A stretch of DNA of 64,000 nt from NCBI GenBank assembly GCA_036785375.1, contig JAWMAR010000471.1, forward strand, positions 1 through 64,000, in the 5' to 3' direction. This DNA is from Leucoraja ocellata. Lineage: Eukaryota. Shown here piece after piece: positions 11,303 to 25,172 of this stretch (its first letter is position 1; every line of letters begins with the position of its first letter). The notes below the pieces were generated by a model. The model did no database searches and was not told the DNA's origin. It saw only the letters and a list, made by a program, of their open reading frames with translations. A program made the position numbers and the translations under genes.

Positions 11303-11612
11303 AAATTAACAACCTAGCCCATGTGCATAAGAGTATGAACCGCTTTATGCAACCTGAGACAGTGCATAGTTCATCTGTTGTTGCTGTGGTGTGTTCTAGA
11401 ACCTAATGTATGTTTGTTAGAAGCTATTCTTCAACCCAATTGTCGTGTTTTTTTAAATACTTAAAAATCGTCTATTAATGACAGCAAACACACTGGCGTC
11501 GGGACGGGTGCAGCAATCAACGAGGACGCGCCGATGCTGACAAACGCGCTGGAAACTGACGGGGATCTCTGATAGTTTTTATACAGGCTCAGCCCAATTC
11601 TGCGCCACCGTG

Positions 11613-12455
11613 GGGTTTAGAGCGCAGTAATACATCGCCGAGTCTCGGAGCCGCGTTGGTGACACCGTCAGCGGGACCGTTCCTGTCGAATGGTTGAGCT
11701 CAGCAGAAAAACGGTCCCCGGCGTTGGTCTTCTCGCCGCCTTTGTATGTCGTTATGAGCAGCAGAAACTCAAGGGATCCGCCGGGATACTGACGGTACCA
11801 GATAAGACCAGGATTGTTCGAGCTTGTAGCTGTGTAGCTGCAGTTCAACTGTGCGTCATCCCCTTCACTCACTGTAACCGCTGCCGGTGACTGAGAAACG
11901 GCGTCGCCTCGACAATTCCCTGCAAGAGACCGGGGATAAATAACACAACATCACCTAATTCAGCTCATACTTCAGAATACCCCTCATCCTGATACTGATA
12001 TGAGGTACAATGACATCAAACATACCCCTGCCCAAAAAGCTAAATAAAGATGGGCGGAAAGGCGCTGGGAATTACCGAATAAATTTATCTTTAATGATAA
12101 GCCAACCCGTTCCATCGGACTGGACGTCGTTATTGTTTCCGGGGAGGAAGGGGGAAATCGTAGATCACTCGTCCGTGAACCACTCTCCGATGCTTCACCA
12201 TCGCGGCTGCTTTCCAACAATTAACCTGGAAACTCACCTCAAATTTCCGAACATCAATTACTGTGAAACTGCATCTTTTTCCCAATGTGCTCTATGTTTA
12301 CTGGCCTCATACGGACTCCCTTTCTAAAGTCGTTGTGTTGCATTCAAGGTATTTGGTTGATTAAATATCATGCCCTACATGATTGGAAACGTCGTGAACT
12401 TACCGGTTAAGAGAGCTGCAGCTGTAAGAAGCCAATACATTGTCAAGGCCAGCAT
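11613..12455 (-). CDS. TRAV: V7: TCR alpha/delta V segment, open frame, variant nonamer
   Basis: Leader 12404-12455, V exon 11613-11919. RSS CACGGTG-23-ATAAAAACT. Rex1-like insertion in the promoter. Confidence 0.85.
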
Positions 12456-12663
12456 GTTGTAATTGCATTGAGAGTGAATATGAACCGAAATGGTCTCACC
12501 CGGAAACAGGTTTAATCTGATATTGTGAAAGGGGTGTGGTCTAGGTTCTTCATTCATTGGCTTATTCTTGACAACGTCACATCCCGTCGGCGCAGAGCTA
12601 ATTTGTTCTCCAACTCCCCGAATTCACTCAGTTTCTTAATTCCGCCAATCACATCACTGCTTT

Positions 12664-13036
12664 TGTAAGTAAGTAAGTAAGTTTATTGGACAAGTATTCG
12701 CATACATGGAATATGCCTTGGAGCTCAGCCCACAAGTAACAACATAACATACAGTGACAGTTACGAATGACGCAGAAAACACTAAACATTGATAATAATA
12801 AAACATTCATAATAAAACACCATTCATCAAGCATGTGAACCAACAAAACACCAGATGAAAGGGAGGCTACAGATGTTTGGCTGTTGAGTAGAGTAACTAC
12901 TCGTGGATAAAAACTGTTTTTATGTCTTGCTGTGGCAGCTTTGAGAGTCCGGAGTCGCCTTCCTGAGGGAAGTGATTCAAATAGTTTGTCGCCAGGGTGA
13001 GAGGGGTCAGAGATGATCTTGCCCGCTCGCTTCCTC
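12664..13036 (-). mobile_element. Rex1/Babar-type 3' fragment (copy 2, same insertion site)
   Basis: Same endpoints and peptide (DPSHPGDKLFESLPSGRR) as 4444-4805. Confidence 0.8.
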
Positions 13037-13395
13037 TTGTTGCCCAATCATCTCAAATCTCCTTTGTTTTCTGCTCCATGACGTCACAGGAGGGGCAAGG
13101 TCTGAAGTATAATATACAATAAACAAAATTCAATAAATAAACAACAACATTCATGTACACGAAAGGCATGAAGTGCTTAGTGCAACCGAAGACAGTTCAT
13201 TGCTCATCTGTTACTGCTGTGTAATGTTCAGGAACCTAATGTTTAAATATGAGAAGCTGGTGGTACATACAGGCGGTGGGACGGATGCAGCATTCAGCGA
13301 GGAAGGGCCGACGCTGACACAGTTCCACACGCTGATACGTGAGTGGGTGCGCTTGGAGTTTTTGTACGGGCTCAGCCCAATTCTGCGCTTCCGTG

Positions 13396-14251
13396 GGGCT
13401 CAGAGCGCAGTAATACATCGCCGAGTCTCGGAGCCGCGTTTGTGACACCGTCAGCGGGAACGTTCCTGTCACATTGTCGAGCTCCGCAGAGAAGCGTTCA
13501 CCGGCATTGTTCTTCGGGGCGACTTCGTATTTCATTCTGAGCAGCAGAAACTCAAGAGGGCCGCCGGGATACTGACGGTACCAGATAAGACCAGGATTGT
13601 TCAAGTTTGCAGCTGTATAGCTGCAGTTCAACTGTGCGTCATCCCCTTCACTCACTGTAACCGCTGCCGGTGTCTGGGAAACGGCGTCGCCTTGACAATT
13701 CCCTGCAAGAGACCGGGGATAAATAACACAACATCACCTAATTCAGCTCATACTTCAAAATACCCCTCATCCTGATACTGATATGAGGTACAATGACATC
13801 AAACATACCGCTCCTCTAAAAGCTAAATTAAGATGGGCAGAAAGGCGCTGGGAATTAGCGAATAAATTGATCTTTAAAGATAATCCAACCCGTTTCATCG
13901 GACTGGACGTCGTCATTGGTTCCGGGGAGGAAGGGTGAAATCGTAGATCACTCGTACGGGGACCACCAGCGTGCTCTAACACTACGATGCTTCTCCGTCG
14001 GCGCTGCTTTCCAACAATTAACCTGGAAACTCACCTCAAATTTCCGAACATCAATTACTGAGAAACTATCTTTTCTCCGAATGTGTTCTGCGTTTACTGG
14101 CCTCATACGGACTCCCTTTCTAAAGTCATTGTGTTGCATTCAAGGTATTTGGTTGATTAAATATCGTGCCCAACATGATTGGAAACGTGGTGAACGTACC
14201 GGTTAAGAGAGCTGCAGCTGCAAGAAGCCAATACATTGTCAATGCCAGCAT
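13396..14251 (-). CDS. TRAV: V8: TCR alpha/delta V segment, apparently intact
   Basis: Leader 14200-14251 (donor GTACGT), V exon 13396-13702. RSS CACGGAA-23-ACAAAAACT. Confidence 0.85.
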
Positions 14252-15065
14252 GTTGTAATTGCATTGAGAGTGAATATGAACTGAAATGGTCTCACCCGGA
14301 TACACGATTAATCTGATATTGTGAAAGGGGTGTGGTCTAGGCTCTTCATTCATTGGCTTATTCTTGACAGCGTCACATCCCGTCGGCGCGGTGCTAATTT
14401 GTTCTCCAACTCCCCGAATTCACTCTGTTTTTTAATTCCGCCAATCACATCACTGCTTTTGTTGCCCAATCATCGCACACCTCCTTTGTTTTCTAGTCCA
14501 ATTACGTCACAGGAGGGGCAAGGCCGGAAGTACAATATATAATTAGATTAGAATAAATTAGATTCAACTTTATTGTCATTGCACATTTACAGTACAACGA
14601 AATGGTTTAACCGAGCTGTCATAACATAGAATAAAATAACAAAACACACACTGAACACAGTTTTAACATCCACCACAGTGAGTCCAACAGACACCTCCTC
14701 ACTGTGATGGAAGGCAAAAGTCCCAAAGTCCTTGTAATAAACAAAATTCAATAAATTAACAACCAGGTCCATGTGCATAAGATGCATGAAGTGCTTAATG
14801 CAACCGAATACATTTCATAGTTCATCTTTTAGTGCGGTGTAGGGCTCAAAAGCCTAATATTTGTTTGTTAGAAGCTATTCTTCAACCCAATTATAATGGG
14901 GGTTTTTAAATATTTAAAAATCGTGTATTAATGACAGCAAACACACTGGCGTTGGGACGGGTGCAGCATTCAGCGAGGGTGCGCCGATGCTGACAAACGC
15001 GCTGCAAACTGACGGGGATCTCTGATAGTTTTTGTACAGGCTCAGCCCAATTCTGAGCCACCGTG

Positions 15066-15919
15066 GGGTTCAGAGCGCAGTAATACGTCGCCGAGTCTCG
15101 GAGCCGCGTTTGTGACACCGTCAGCGGGACCGTTCCTTTCGAATGGTTGAGCTCAGCAGAAAAACGGTCCCCGGCATTGTTCTTCTCGCCGCCTTTGTAT
15201 GTCGTTCTGAGCAGCAGAAACTCAAGGGATCCGCCGGGATACTGACGGTACCAGATTAGTCCAGCAGAGGTCGCGCTTGGAGCTGTATAGGTGCAGCTCA
15301 ATTTTGTATCATCCCCTTCACTCACTGTAACCGCTGCCGGTGTCTGGGAAACGGCGTCGCTTCGACAATTCCCTGCAAGAGACCGGTGGTAAATAACACA
15401 ACTTCACCTAATTCAGCTCATACTTCAGAATAACCCTCATGCTGATACTGATATGAGGTACAATGACATCAAACATACCCCTCCCCCAAAAGCTAAATAA
15501 AGATGGGCGGAAAGGCGCTGGGAATTACCGAATGAATTTATCTTTAAAGATAATCCAACCGGTTCCATCGGACTGGACGTCGTTATTGCTTCCGGAGTGG
15601 GAAAAGGGAATCGTAGATCACTCGTGCGTGAACCGTAGAGTTCTAACTCTACGATGCTTCTCCGTCGGCGCTGCTTCCCCACAATTAACCCGTAAACTCA
15701 CCTTAAATTTCCGAACATCAATATGTGAAATTGCATCTTTTTTCCCCAATGTGCTCTGCGTTTACTGGCCTCATACGGACTCCCTTTCTAAAGTCGTTGT
15801 GTTGCATTCAAGGCACTTGGTTGATTAAATATCATGCCCTACATTATTGGAAACGTGGTGAACTTACCGGTTAAGAGAGCTGCAGCTGTCAGAAGCCAAT
15901 ACATTGTCAAGGCCAGCAT
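15066..15919 (-). CDS. TRAV: V9: TCR alpha/delta V segment, apparently intact
   Basis: Leader 15868-15919, V exon 15066-15372. RSS CACGGTG-23-ACAAAAACT. Confidence 0.88.
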
Positions 15920-16712
15920 GTTGTAATTGCATTGAGAGTGAATATGAACTGAAATGGTCTCACCCGGAAACAGGTTTAATCTGATATTGTGAAAGTGGTG
16001 TGGTCTAGGCTCTTCATTCATTGGCTTATTCTTGACAGCGTCACATCCCGTCGGCGCGGAGCTAATTTGTTCTCCAGCTCCCCGAAGTTTCTCAATTCTG
16101 CCAATCACATCACAGCTTTTGTTGCCCAATCATTTCAAACGTCCTTTCATTTCTGTTCCAGGGCGTCACAGGGGGGGCAAGACCGGAAGTACAATATATA
16201 ATTAGATTAGATTCGATTGTATTGTCATTGCACATTTACAGTACAGAGAAATGGTTTAACCGAGCTGTCATAACATAGAATTAAATAACAAAACACACAC
16301 TCAACACAGTTTTAACATCCACCACAGTGAGCCCACCAGGCACCTCCCCACTGTGATGGAAGGCAAAAGTTCCAAAGTCCTTGTAATAAACAAAATTCAA
16401 CAAATTAACAACCAAGTCCATGTGCATAAGATGCATGAAGTGCTTAATGCAACCGAAGACATTTGATGGTTCATCTTTTAGTGCTGTGTAGGGTTCAAGA
16501 ACCTAATATTTGTCTGTTAGAAGCTATTCATAAACCTAATTATCATGGGTTTTTTAACATTTCAAACTCATGTATTAATGACAGCAAATACACTGGCTTT
16601 GGGACGGCTGCAGCAATCAACAAGGGCGCGATGATGCTGACAAACGCGCGGCAAACTGACGGGGATCTCTGATAGTTTTTGTACAGGCTCAGCCCAATTG
16701 TGCGCCACCGTG

Positions 16713-17547
16713 GGGTTCAGAGCGCAGTAATACATCGCCGAGTCTCGGAGCCGCGTTTGTGACACCGTCAGCGGGACCATTCCCGTCGAATGGTTGAACT
16801 CCGCAGTAAAACGTTCCCCGGCATTGTTCTTATGACCAGCAGAAATTCAAGGGATCCGCCGGGATACTGACGATACCAGATTAGTCCATGAGTGGACCTG
16901 CTTGTAGCTGTATAGTTGCAGCTCAACTGTGCGTCAACCCCTTCACTCACTGTAACCGCTGCCGGTGTCTGAGAAACGGCGTCGCCTCGACAATTACCTG
17001 CAAGAGTCCGGGGATAAATAACACAACATCACCCAACTCAGCTCATACTTCAGAATACCCCTCATCCTGATACTGATATGAGGTACAATGCCATCAAACA
17101 TACCCCTCCCCAAAAAGCTAAATAAAGATGGGCGGAAAGGCGCTGGGAATTACCGAATAAATTTATCTTTAAGATAATACAACCCGTTACATCGGACTGG
17201 ACGTCGTTATTGCTTCCTGGGAGGAAGGGGGAAATCGTACATCACTCGTACGTGAACCACCGGTGTGTTCTAACTCTACGGTGCTTCTCCGTCGCAGCTG
17301 CTTTCCAACAATTAACCTGGAAACTCACCTCAAATGTCCGAACATCAATTACTGTGAAACTGCATCTTTTTTCCTAATGTGCTCTACGTTTACTGGGCTC
17401 ATACGGACTGCCTTTCTAAAGTCGTTGTGTTGCATTCAAGGTATTTGGTTGATTAAATATCACGCACTACATTATTGGAAACGTGGAGAACTTACCGGTT
17501 AAGAGAGCTGCAGCTGTAAGAAGCCAATACATTGTCAAGGCCAGCAT
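16713..17547 (-). pseudogene. TRAV: V10: frameshifted V segment (22-bp deletion)
   Basis: V exon 16713-16997 is 285 bp instead of 307. Relative to paralog V28 it lacks tcgtatctcgttctgagcagca near 16841. Leader 17496-17547 and the RSS are intact. Confidence 0.9.
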
Positions 17548-17911
17548 GTTGTAATTGCATTGAGAGTGAATATGAACTGAAATGGTCTCACCCGGAAACA
17601 GGTTTAATCTGAAATTGTGAAAGTGCTGTGGTCTAGGCTCTTCATTCGTTGGCTTATCCTTGACAGCGTCACATCCCCTCAACGCAGAGTTAATTTGTTC
17701 TCCAACTCCCCGAATTAACTCAGTTTACAATTCCGCCAATCACATCACTGCTTTTGCTGCCCAATCATCTCAAACCTCCTTTGTTTTTTGTCCCATTACG
17801 TCACAGGAGGGGCAAGGCCTGAAGTACAATGTACAATAAACACAATTCGTTAAATTATTCTTCAACCCAATTGTCATGGGTTTTTTAATTAAAAAATAGA
17901 GTCTTAATTGG

Positions 17912-18630
17912 TCCCTCTCCCCCAAAAGCTAAATAAAGATGGGCGGAGAGGCGCTGGGAATTACCGAATAAATTGATCTTTAAAGATAATCCAACTCGTT
18001 CCATCGGACTGGACGTCGTTATTGCTTCCGGGGAGGGAAAAGGGAATCGTAGATCACTCGTGCGTGAACCACCGGTGTGTTCTAATTCTACGATGCTTCA
18101 CCATCGCGGCTGCTTTCCAACAATTAACCTGGAAACTCACCTCAAATTTCCGAACATCAATTACTGTGAAACTGCATCTTTTTTCCTAATGTGCTCTACG
18201 TTTACTGTCCACATACGGGCTCCCTTTCAAAATTCATTGTGTTGCATTCAAGGTACTTCGTTGATTAAATATCGTGCCCTACATTATTGGAAACGTGGTG
18301 AACTTACCGGTTAAGAGAGCTACAGCTGTAAGAAGCCAATACATTGTCAAGGCCAGCATGTTGTAATTGCATTGAGAGTGAATATGAACTGAAATGGTCT
18401 CACCCGGAAACAGGTTTAATCTGATATTGTAAAAGAGCTGTGGTCTGGGTTCTTCATTCATTGGCTTATTCTTGACAGCGTCACAACCCGTCAGCGCGGA
18501 GCTAATTTGTTCTCCATGTTCCCGAAGTTTCTTAATTCTGCCAATCACGTCACAGCTTTTGTTGCCCAATCATTTCAAACGTCCTTCTGTTCTGTTCCAG
18601 GGCGTCACATGAGGGGAAAGAACGGAAGTA
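17912..18630 (-). pseudogene. Orphan promoter + leader exon (18308-18359) whose V exon and RSS are deleted
   Basis: Intact MLALTMYWLLTAVALLT/G and GTAAGT donor. The intron breaks off near 17912 and is fused to downstream-flank sequence, with no V exon in between. Confidence 0.85.
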
Positions 18631-19173
18631 CAATATATGATTAGATTAGATTAGATTCGATTCAACTTTATTGTCATTGCACATTTACAGTACAAAGAAA
18701 TGGTTTAACCGAGCTGTCATAACATTGAAATAAAATAACAAAACACATACTCAACACAGTTTTAACATCCACCACAGTGAGTCCACCGGGCACCTCCTCA
18801 CGGCGATGCAAGGCAAAAGTCCCAAAGTCCTTCTAATTAAAAAAATTCAATAAATTAACAACTAGGTCCATGTGCAGAAGATGAATGAAGTGCTTAATGC
18901 AACCGAATACATTTCATAGTTCATCTTTTAGTGCGGTGTAGGGCTCAAAACCCTAATATTTGTTTGTTAGAAGCTATTCTTCAAGCCAACTGTCATGGGT
19001 TTTTTTAATATATAAAATTCGAGTATTAATGACAGCAAACACACTGGCGTTGGGACGGGTGCAGCAATCTACGAGGACGCGCCGATGCTGAGAACGTTGT
19101 GCTTACGGGGTGATACGTCAGTGGGTGCAATGGTAGTTTTTGTACAGGCTCAGCCCAATTCTGCGTCTCCGTG

Positions 19174-20031
19174 GGGCTCAGAGCGCAGTAATACATCGCC
19201 GAGTCTCGGAGCCGCGTTTGTGACACCGTCAGCGGGACCGTTCCTGTCGAATGGTTGAGCTCAGCAGAGAAACGTTCCCCGGCATTGTTCTTCTCGCCGC
19301 CTTTGTATGTCGTTCGCAGCAGCAGAAACTCAAGGGATCCGCCGGGATACTGACGGTACCAGATTAGTCCAGCAGAGGTCGTGATTGTAGCTGTATAGTT
19401 GCAGCTCAATGTTGTATCCTTCCCTTCACTCACTGTAACCGCTGCCGGTGTCTGAGAAACGGCGTCGCCTCGACAATTCCCTGCAAGAGACCGGATATTA
19501 ATAACACAACATCACCCAACCCAGCTCATACTTCAGAATATCCCTCATCCTGATACTGATATGAGGTACAATGACATCAAACATACCCCTCCTTTAAAAG
19601 CTAAATAAAGATGGGCAGAAAGGCGCTGAGAATTACCAAATAAATTGATCTTTACAGATAATCCAACCCGTTTCATCGGACTGGACGTCGTCATTGGTTT
19701 CGGGGAGGAAGGCGGAAATCGTAGATCACTCGTACGGGGATCACCGGTGTGTTCTAACTCTACGATGCCTCACCATCGCGGCTGCTTTCCAACAATTAAC
19801 CTGGAAACTCACCTCGAATTTCCGAACATCAATTACTGTGAAACGGCATCTTTTTTCCTAATGTGCTCTGCGTTTATTGTCGTCATACGGACTCCCTTTC
19901 TAAAGTCGTTGTGTTGCATTCAAGGTATTTGGTTGAATAAATATCATGCCCTACATTATTGGAAACGGGTTGAGCTTACCGGTTAAGAGAGCTGCAGCTG
20001 TAAGAAGCCAATACATTGTCAAGGCCAGCAT
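19174..20031 (-). CDS. TRAV: V11: TCR alpha/delta V segment, apparently intact
   Basis: Leader 19980-20031, V exon 19174-19480. RSS CACGGAG-23-ACAAAAACT. Confidence 0.87.
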
Positions 20032-20240
20032 GTTGTAATTGCATTCAGAGTGAATATGAACTGAAATGGTCTCACCCGGAAACAGGTTTAATCTGATATC
20101 GTGAAAGGGGTGTGGTCTAGGCTCTTCAATCATTGGCTTATTCTTGACAACGTCACATCCCGTCGGCGCAGAGCTAATTTGTTCTCCAACTCCCCGAATT
20201 CACTCAGTTTCTTAATTCCGCCAATCACATCACTGCTTTT

Positions 20241-20602
20241 GTAAGTAAGTATTGGCCAAGTATTCTCATACAAGGAATATGCCTTGGAGCTCCGCCCACA
20301 AGTAACAACATAACATACAGAGACAGTTACGAATGACGCAGAAAACACTAAACATTGATAATAATAAAATATTCATAATAAAACACCATTGATCAAGCAT
20401 GTGAAACAACAAAACACCAGATCAATGGGAGGCGACAGATATTTAGCTGTTGAGTAGAGTAACTACTCGTGAATAAAAACTGTTTTTATGTCTTGCTGTG
20501 GCAGCTTTGACAGTCCGGAGTCGCCTTCCTGAGGGAAGTCATTCAAGTAGATTGTCGCCAGGGTGAGAGTGGCCAGAGATGATCTTGCCCGCTCGCTTCC
20601 TC
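20241..20602 (-). mobile_element. Rex1/Babar-type 3' fragment (copy 3)
   Basis: Same endpoints as 4444-4805, more diverged. Confidence 0.8.
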
Positions 20603-20961
20603 TTGTTGCCCAATCATCTCAAACCTCCTTTGTTTTCTGCTCCATGACGTCACAGGAGGGGCAAGGTCTGAAGTATAATATATAATAAACAAAATTCAAT
20701 AAATAAACAACAACATTCATGTACAGGAAAGGCATGAAGTGCTTAGTGCAACCGAAGACAGTTCATTGCTCATCTGTTACTGCTGTGTAATGTTCAGGAA
20801 CCTAATGTTTAAATATGAGAAGCTGCTGGTACATACAGGCGGTGGAACGGATGCTGCATTCAGCGAGGAAGGGCCGACGCTGACACAGTTCCACGCGCTG
20901 ATACGTGAGTGGGTGCGCTTGGAGTTTTTGTACGGGCTCAGCCCAATTCTGCGCTTCCGTG

Positions 20962-21819
20962 GGGCTCAGAGCGCAGTAATACATCGCCGAGTCTCGGTGC
21001 CTCGTTTGTGACACCGTCAGCGGGAACGTTCCTGTCAAATGGTCGAGCTCCGCAGAGAAGCGTTCACCGGCATTGTTCTTCGGGGCGGCTTCGTATTTCG
21101 TTCTGAGCAGCAGAAACTCAAGGGATCCTCCGGGATACTGACGGTACCAGATTAGTCCAGGAGGGGACGTGCTTGTAGCTGTATAGTTGCAGCTCAATTT
21201 TGCATTCTCCCCTTCACTCACTCTAACCGCTGCCTGTGTCTGAGAAACGGCGTCGCCTCGACAATTCCCTGCAAGAGTCCGGGGATAAATAACACAACAT
21301 CATCTAATTCAGCTCATAGTTCAGAATATCCCTCATCCTGATACTGATATGAGGTACAATGACATCAAACATACCCCTCCTCTAAAAGCTAAATAAAGAT
21401 GGGCGGAAAGGCGCTGGGAATTACAGAATAAATTTATCTTTAAAGATAATCCAACCCGTTGCATCGTCCTGGACGTCGTTATTGCTTCCGGGGAGGAAGG
21501 AGGAGATCGTAGATTACACGTACGTGAACCACCGGTGTGTTCACACTATCCGATGCTTCGCCATCGCGGCTGCTTTCCAACAATTAACCTGGAAACTCAC
21601 CTCGAATTTCCGAACTTCAATTAATGTGAAACTGCATCTTTTTTCCTAATGTGCTCTGCGTTTACTGTCCTCATACGGACTCATTTTCTAAAGTCGTTGT
21701 GTTGCATTCAAGGTATTTGGTTCATTAAATATCATGCCCGACATTATTGGAAACGTGGTGAACTTACCGGTTAAGAGAGCTGCAGCTGTAAGAAGCCAAT
21801 ACATTGTCAAGGCCATCAT
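20962..21819 (-). CDS. TRAV: V12: TCR alpha/delta V segment, apparently intact
   Basis: Leader 21768-21819 (MMALT...), V exon 20962-21268. RSS CACGGAA-23-ACAAAAACT. Confidence 0.87.
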
Positions 21820-22633
21820 GTTGTAATTGCATTGAGAGTGAATATGAACTGAAATGGTCTCACCCGGAAACAGGTTTAATCTGATATTGTGAAAGAGCTG
21901 TGATCTAGGTTCTTCATTCATTGGCTTATTCGTGACAGCGTCACATCCTGTCTGCGCGGAGCTAATTTGTTCACCAACTCCCCGAAGTTTCTTAATTCTG
22001 CCAAACACATCACTGCTTTTGGTGCCCAATCATCTCAAACCTCCTTTACGTACTGTTCCATGACGACACAGGAGGGCAAGTCCGGAAGTACAATATATAA
22101 TTAGATTAGATTAGATTAGATTCAACTTTATTGTCATTGCACATTTACAGTACAAATAAATGGTTTAACCGAGCTGTCATAACATAGAAAAAAATAACAA
22201 AACACACACTCAACACTGTTTTAACATCCACCACAATGAGTCCACCAGGCACCTCCTCACGGGGATGGAAGTCAAAGGTCCCAAAGTCCTTGTAATAAAC
22301 AAAATTCAATAAATTAACAACTAGGTCCATGCGCAGCAGATGCATGAAGTGCTTAATGCAACCGAAGACATTTCATAGTTCATCTTTTAGTGCAGTGTAG
22401 GGCTCAAAACCCTAATATTTGTTTGTTAGAAGCTATTCTTCAAGCCAACTGTCATGTTTTTTTTTAAATATTTAAAAATCGAGTATTAATGACAGCAAAC
22501 ACACTGACGTTGGGACGGGTGCAGCAATCTACGAGGACGCGCCGATGCTGAGAAAGTTGTGCTTACGGGGTGTTACGTCAGTGGGTGCACTGGTGGTTTT
22601 TGTACAGGCTCAGCCGAATTCTGCGCCACCGTG

Positions 22634-23490
22634 GGGTTCAGAGCGCAGTAATACATCGCCGAGTCTCGGAGCCGCGTTTGTGACACCGTCAGCGGGACCG
22701 TTCCTGTCGAATGGTCGAGCTCCGCAGAAAAACGTTCCCCGGCATTGGTCTTCTCGCCGCCTTGGTATTTCGTTCTGAGCAGCAGAAACTCAAGAGATCC
22801 GCCGGCATACTGACGGTACCAGATAAGACCAGGATTGTCCGTGCTTTTAGTTGTATAACTGCAGTTCAACTGTGCGTCATTCCCTTCACTCACTGTAACC
22901 GCTGCCGGTGTCTGAGAAACGGCGTCGCCTCGACAATTCCCTGCACGAGACCGGGGATAAATAACACAACATCACCTAATCAGATCATACTTCAGAATAC
23001 CCCTCATCCTGATACTGATATGAGGTACAATGACATCAAACACACCCCTCCTCTAAAAGCTAAATAAAGATGGGCAGAAAGGCGCTGGGAATTACCGAAT
23101 AAATTGATCTTTAAAGATAATCCAACCCGTTTCATCGGACTGGACGTCGTCATTGGTTCCGGGGAGGAAGGGGGAAATCGTAGATCACTCGTACGTGAAC
23201 CACCGGTGTGTTCACACTCTCCGATGCATCACCGTCGCGGCTGCTTTCCAACAATTAACCTGGAAACTCATCTCGAATGTCCGAACATCAATTACTATGA
23301 AACTGCATATTTTTTCCTAATGTGCTCTGCGTTTACTGTCCTCATACGGACTCATTTTCGAAAGTCGTTGTTTTGCATTCAAGGTATTTGGTTGAATAAA
23401 TATCATGCCCTACATTATTGGAAACGTGGTGAACTTACCGGATAAGAGAGCTGCAGCTGTAAGAAGCCAATACATTGTCAAGGCCAGCAT
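22634..23490 (-). CDS. TRAV: V13: TCR alpha/delta V segment, apparently intact
   Basis: Leader 23439-23490, V exon 22634-22940. RSS CACGGTG-23-ACAAAAACC (consensus nonamer). Confidence 0.88.
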
Positions 23491-24313
23491 GTTGTAATTC
23501 CATTGAGAGTGAATATGAACTGAAATGGTCTCACCCGGGAACAGGTTTAATCTGATATTGTGAAAGGGGTGTGATCGATGTTCTTCATTCATTGGCTTAT
23601 TCCTGACAGCGTCACATCCCGTCGCAGCGAAGCTAATTTGTTCTCCAACTCCCCGAATTCACTCAGTTTCTTAATTCCGCCAATCACATCATACTTTTGT
23701 TGCCCAATTATCTCACACCTCCTTTGTTTTCTGGTCCAATTACGTCACAGGTGGGGCAAGGCCGGAAGTACAATACATAATTAGATTAGATTAGATTAGA
23801 TTCAACTTTATTGTCATTGCACATTTACAGTACAAACAAATGGTTTAGCCGAGCTTTCATAACATAGAATAAAATAACAAAACACACACTCAACACAGTT
23901 TTAACATCCACCACAGTGAGTCCACCAGGCACCTCCTCACGGGGATGGAAGTCAAAAGTCCCAAAGTCCTTGTAATAAACAAAATTCAATAAATTAACAA
24001 CTAGGTCCATGTGCAGAAGATGCATGAAGTGCTTAATGCAACCGAATACATTTCATAGTTCATCTTTTAGTGCGGTGTCGGGCTCAAAAACCTAATATTT
24101 GTTTGTTAGAAGCTATTCTTCAAGCCAACTGTCATGGGTTTTTTTTAATATTAAAAATTCTAGTATTAATGACAGCAAACACACTGGCGTTGGGACGGGT
24201 GCAGCAATCTACGAGCACGCGCCGATGCTGAGAAAGTTGTGCTGACGGGGTGATACGTCAGTGGGTGCACTGGTAGTTTTTGTACAGGCTCAGCCCAATT
24301 CTGCGCCACCGTG

Positions 24314-25172
24314 GGGTTCAGAGCGCAGTAATACATCGCCGAGTCTCGGAGCCGCGTTTGTGACACCGTCAGCGGGACCGTTCCTGTCGAATGGTCGAGC
24401 TCCGCAGAAAAACGGTCCCCGGCATTGTTCTTCTCGCCGCCTTGGTATTTCGTTCTGAGCAGCAGAAACTCAAGGGATCCGCCGGGATGCTGACGGTACC
24501 AGATTAGTCCAGGATTGGGCGTGCTTGTAGCTGTATAGTTGCAGCTCAATTTTGTATCCTCCCCTTCACTCACTGTAACCACTGCCGGTGTCTGGGAAAC
24601 GTCGTCGCCTCGACAATTCCCTGCAAGAGAGCGGGGATAAATAACACAATATCACCCAACTCAGCTCATACTTCAGAATACCCCTCATCCTGATACTGAT
24701 ATGAGGTACAATGACATCAAACATACTCCTCCCCAAAAAGCTAAATAAAGATGGGCGGAAAGGAGCTGGGAAATGCCTAATTGATTCATCTTTAAAGATA
24801 ATACAACCCGTTCCATCGGACTGGACGTCGTCATTGGTTCCGGGGAGGAAGGGGGAAATCGTAGATCACTCGTACGGGGACCACCGGTGTGTTCTAACTC
24901 TACGATGCTTCTCCGTCGGCGCTGCTTTCCAACAATTGACCTGGAAACTCACCTCAAATTTCCGAACATCAATTACTGAGAAACTGCATCTTTTTTTCCT
25001 AATGTGCTCTGCGTTTACTATCACTACACGAACTCCCTTTCTAAAGTAATGGTGTTGCATTCAAGGCACTTGGTTGATTAAATATCGTGCCCTACATTAT
25101 TGGAAACGTGGTGAACTTACCGGTTAAGAGAGCTGCAGCTGTAAGAAGCCAATACATTGTCAAGGCCAGCAT
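24314..25172 (-). CDS. TRAV: V14: TCR alpha/delta V segment, apparently intact
   Basis: Leader 25121-25172, V exon 24314-24620. RSS CACGGTG-23-ACAAAAACT. Confidence 0.88.
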
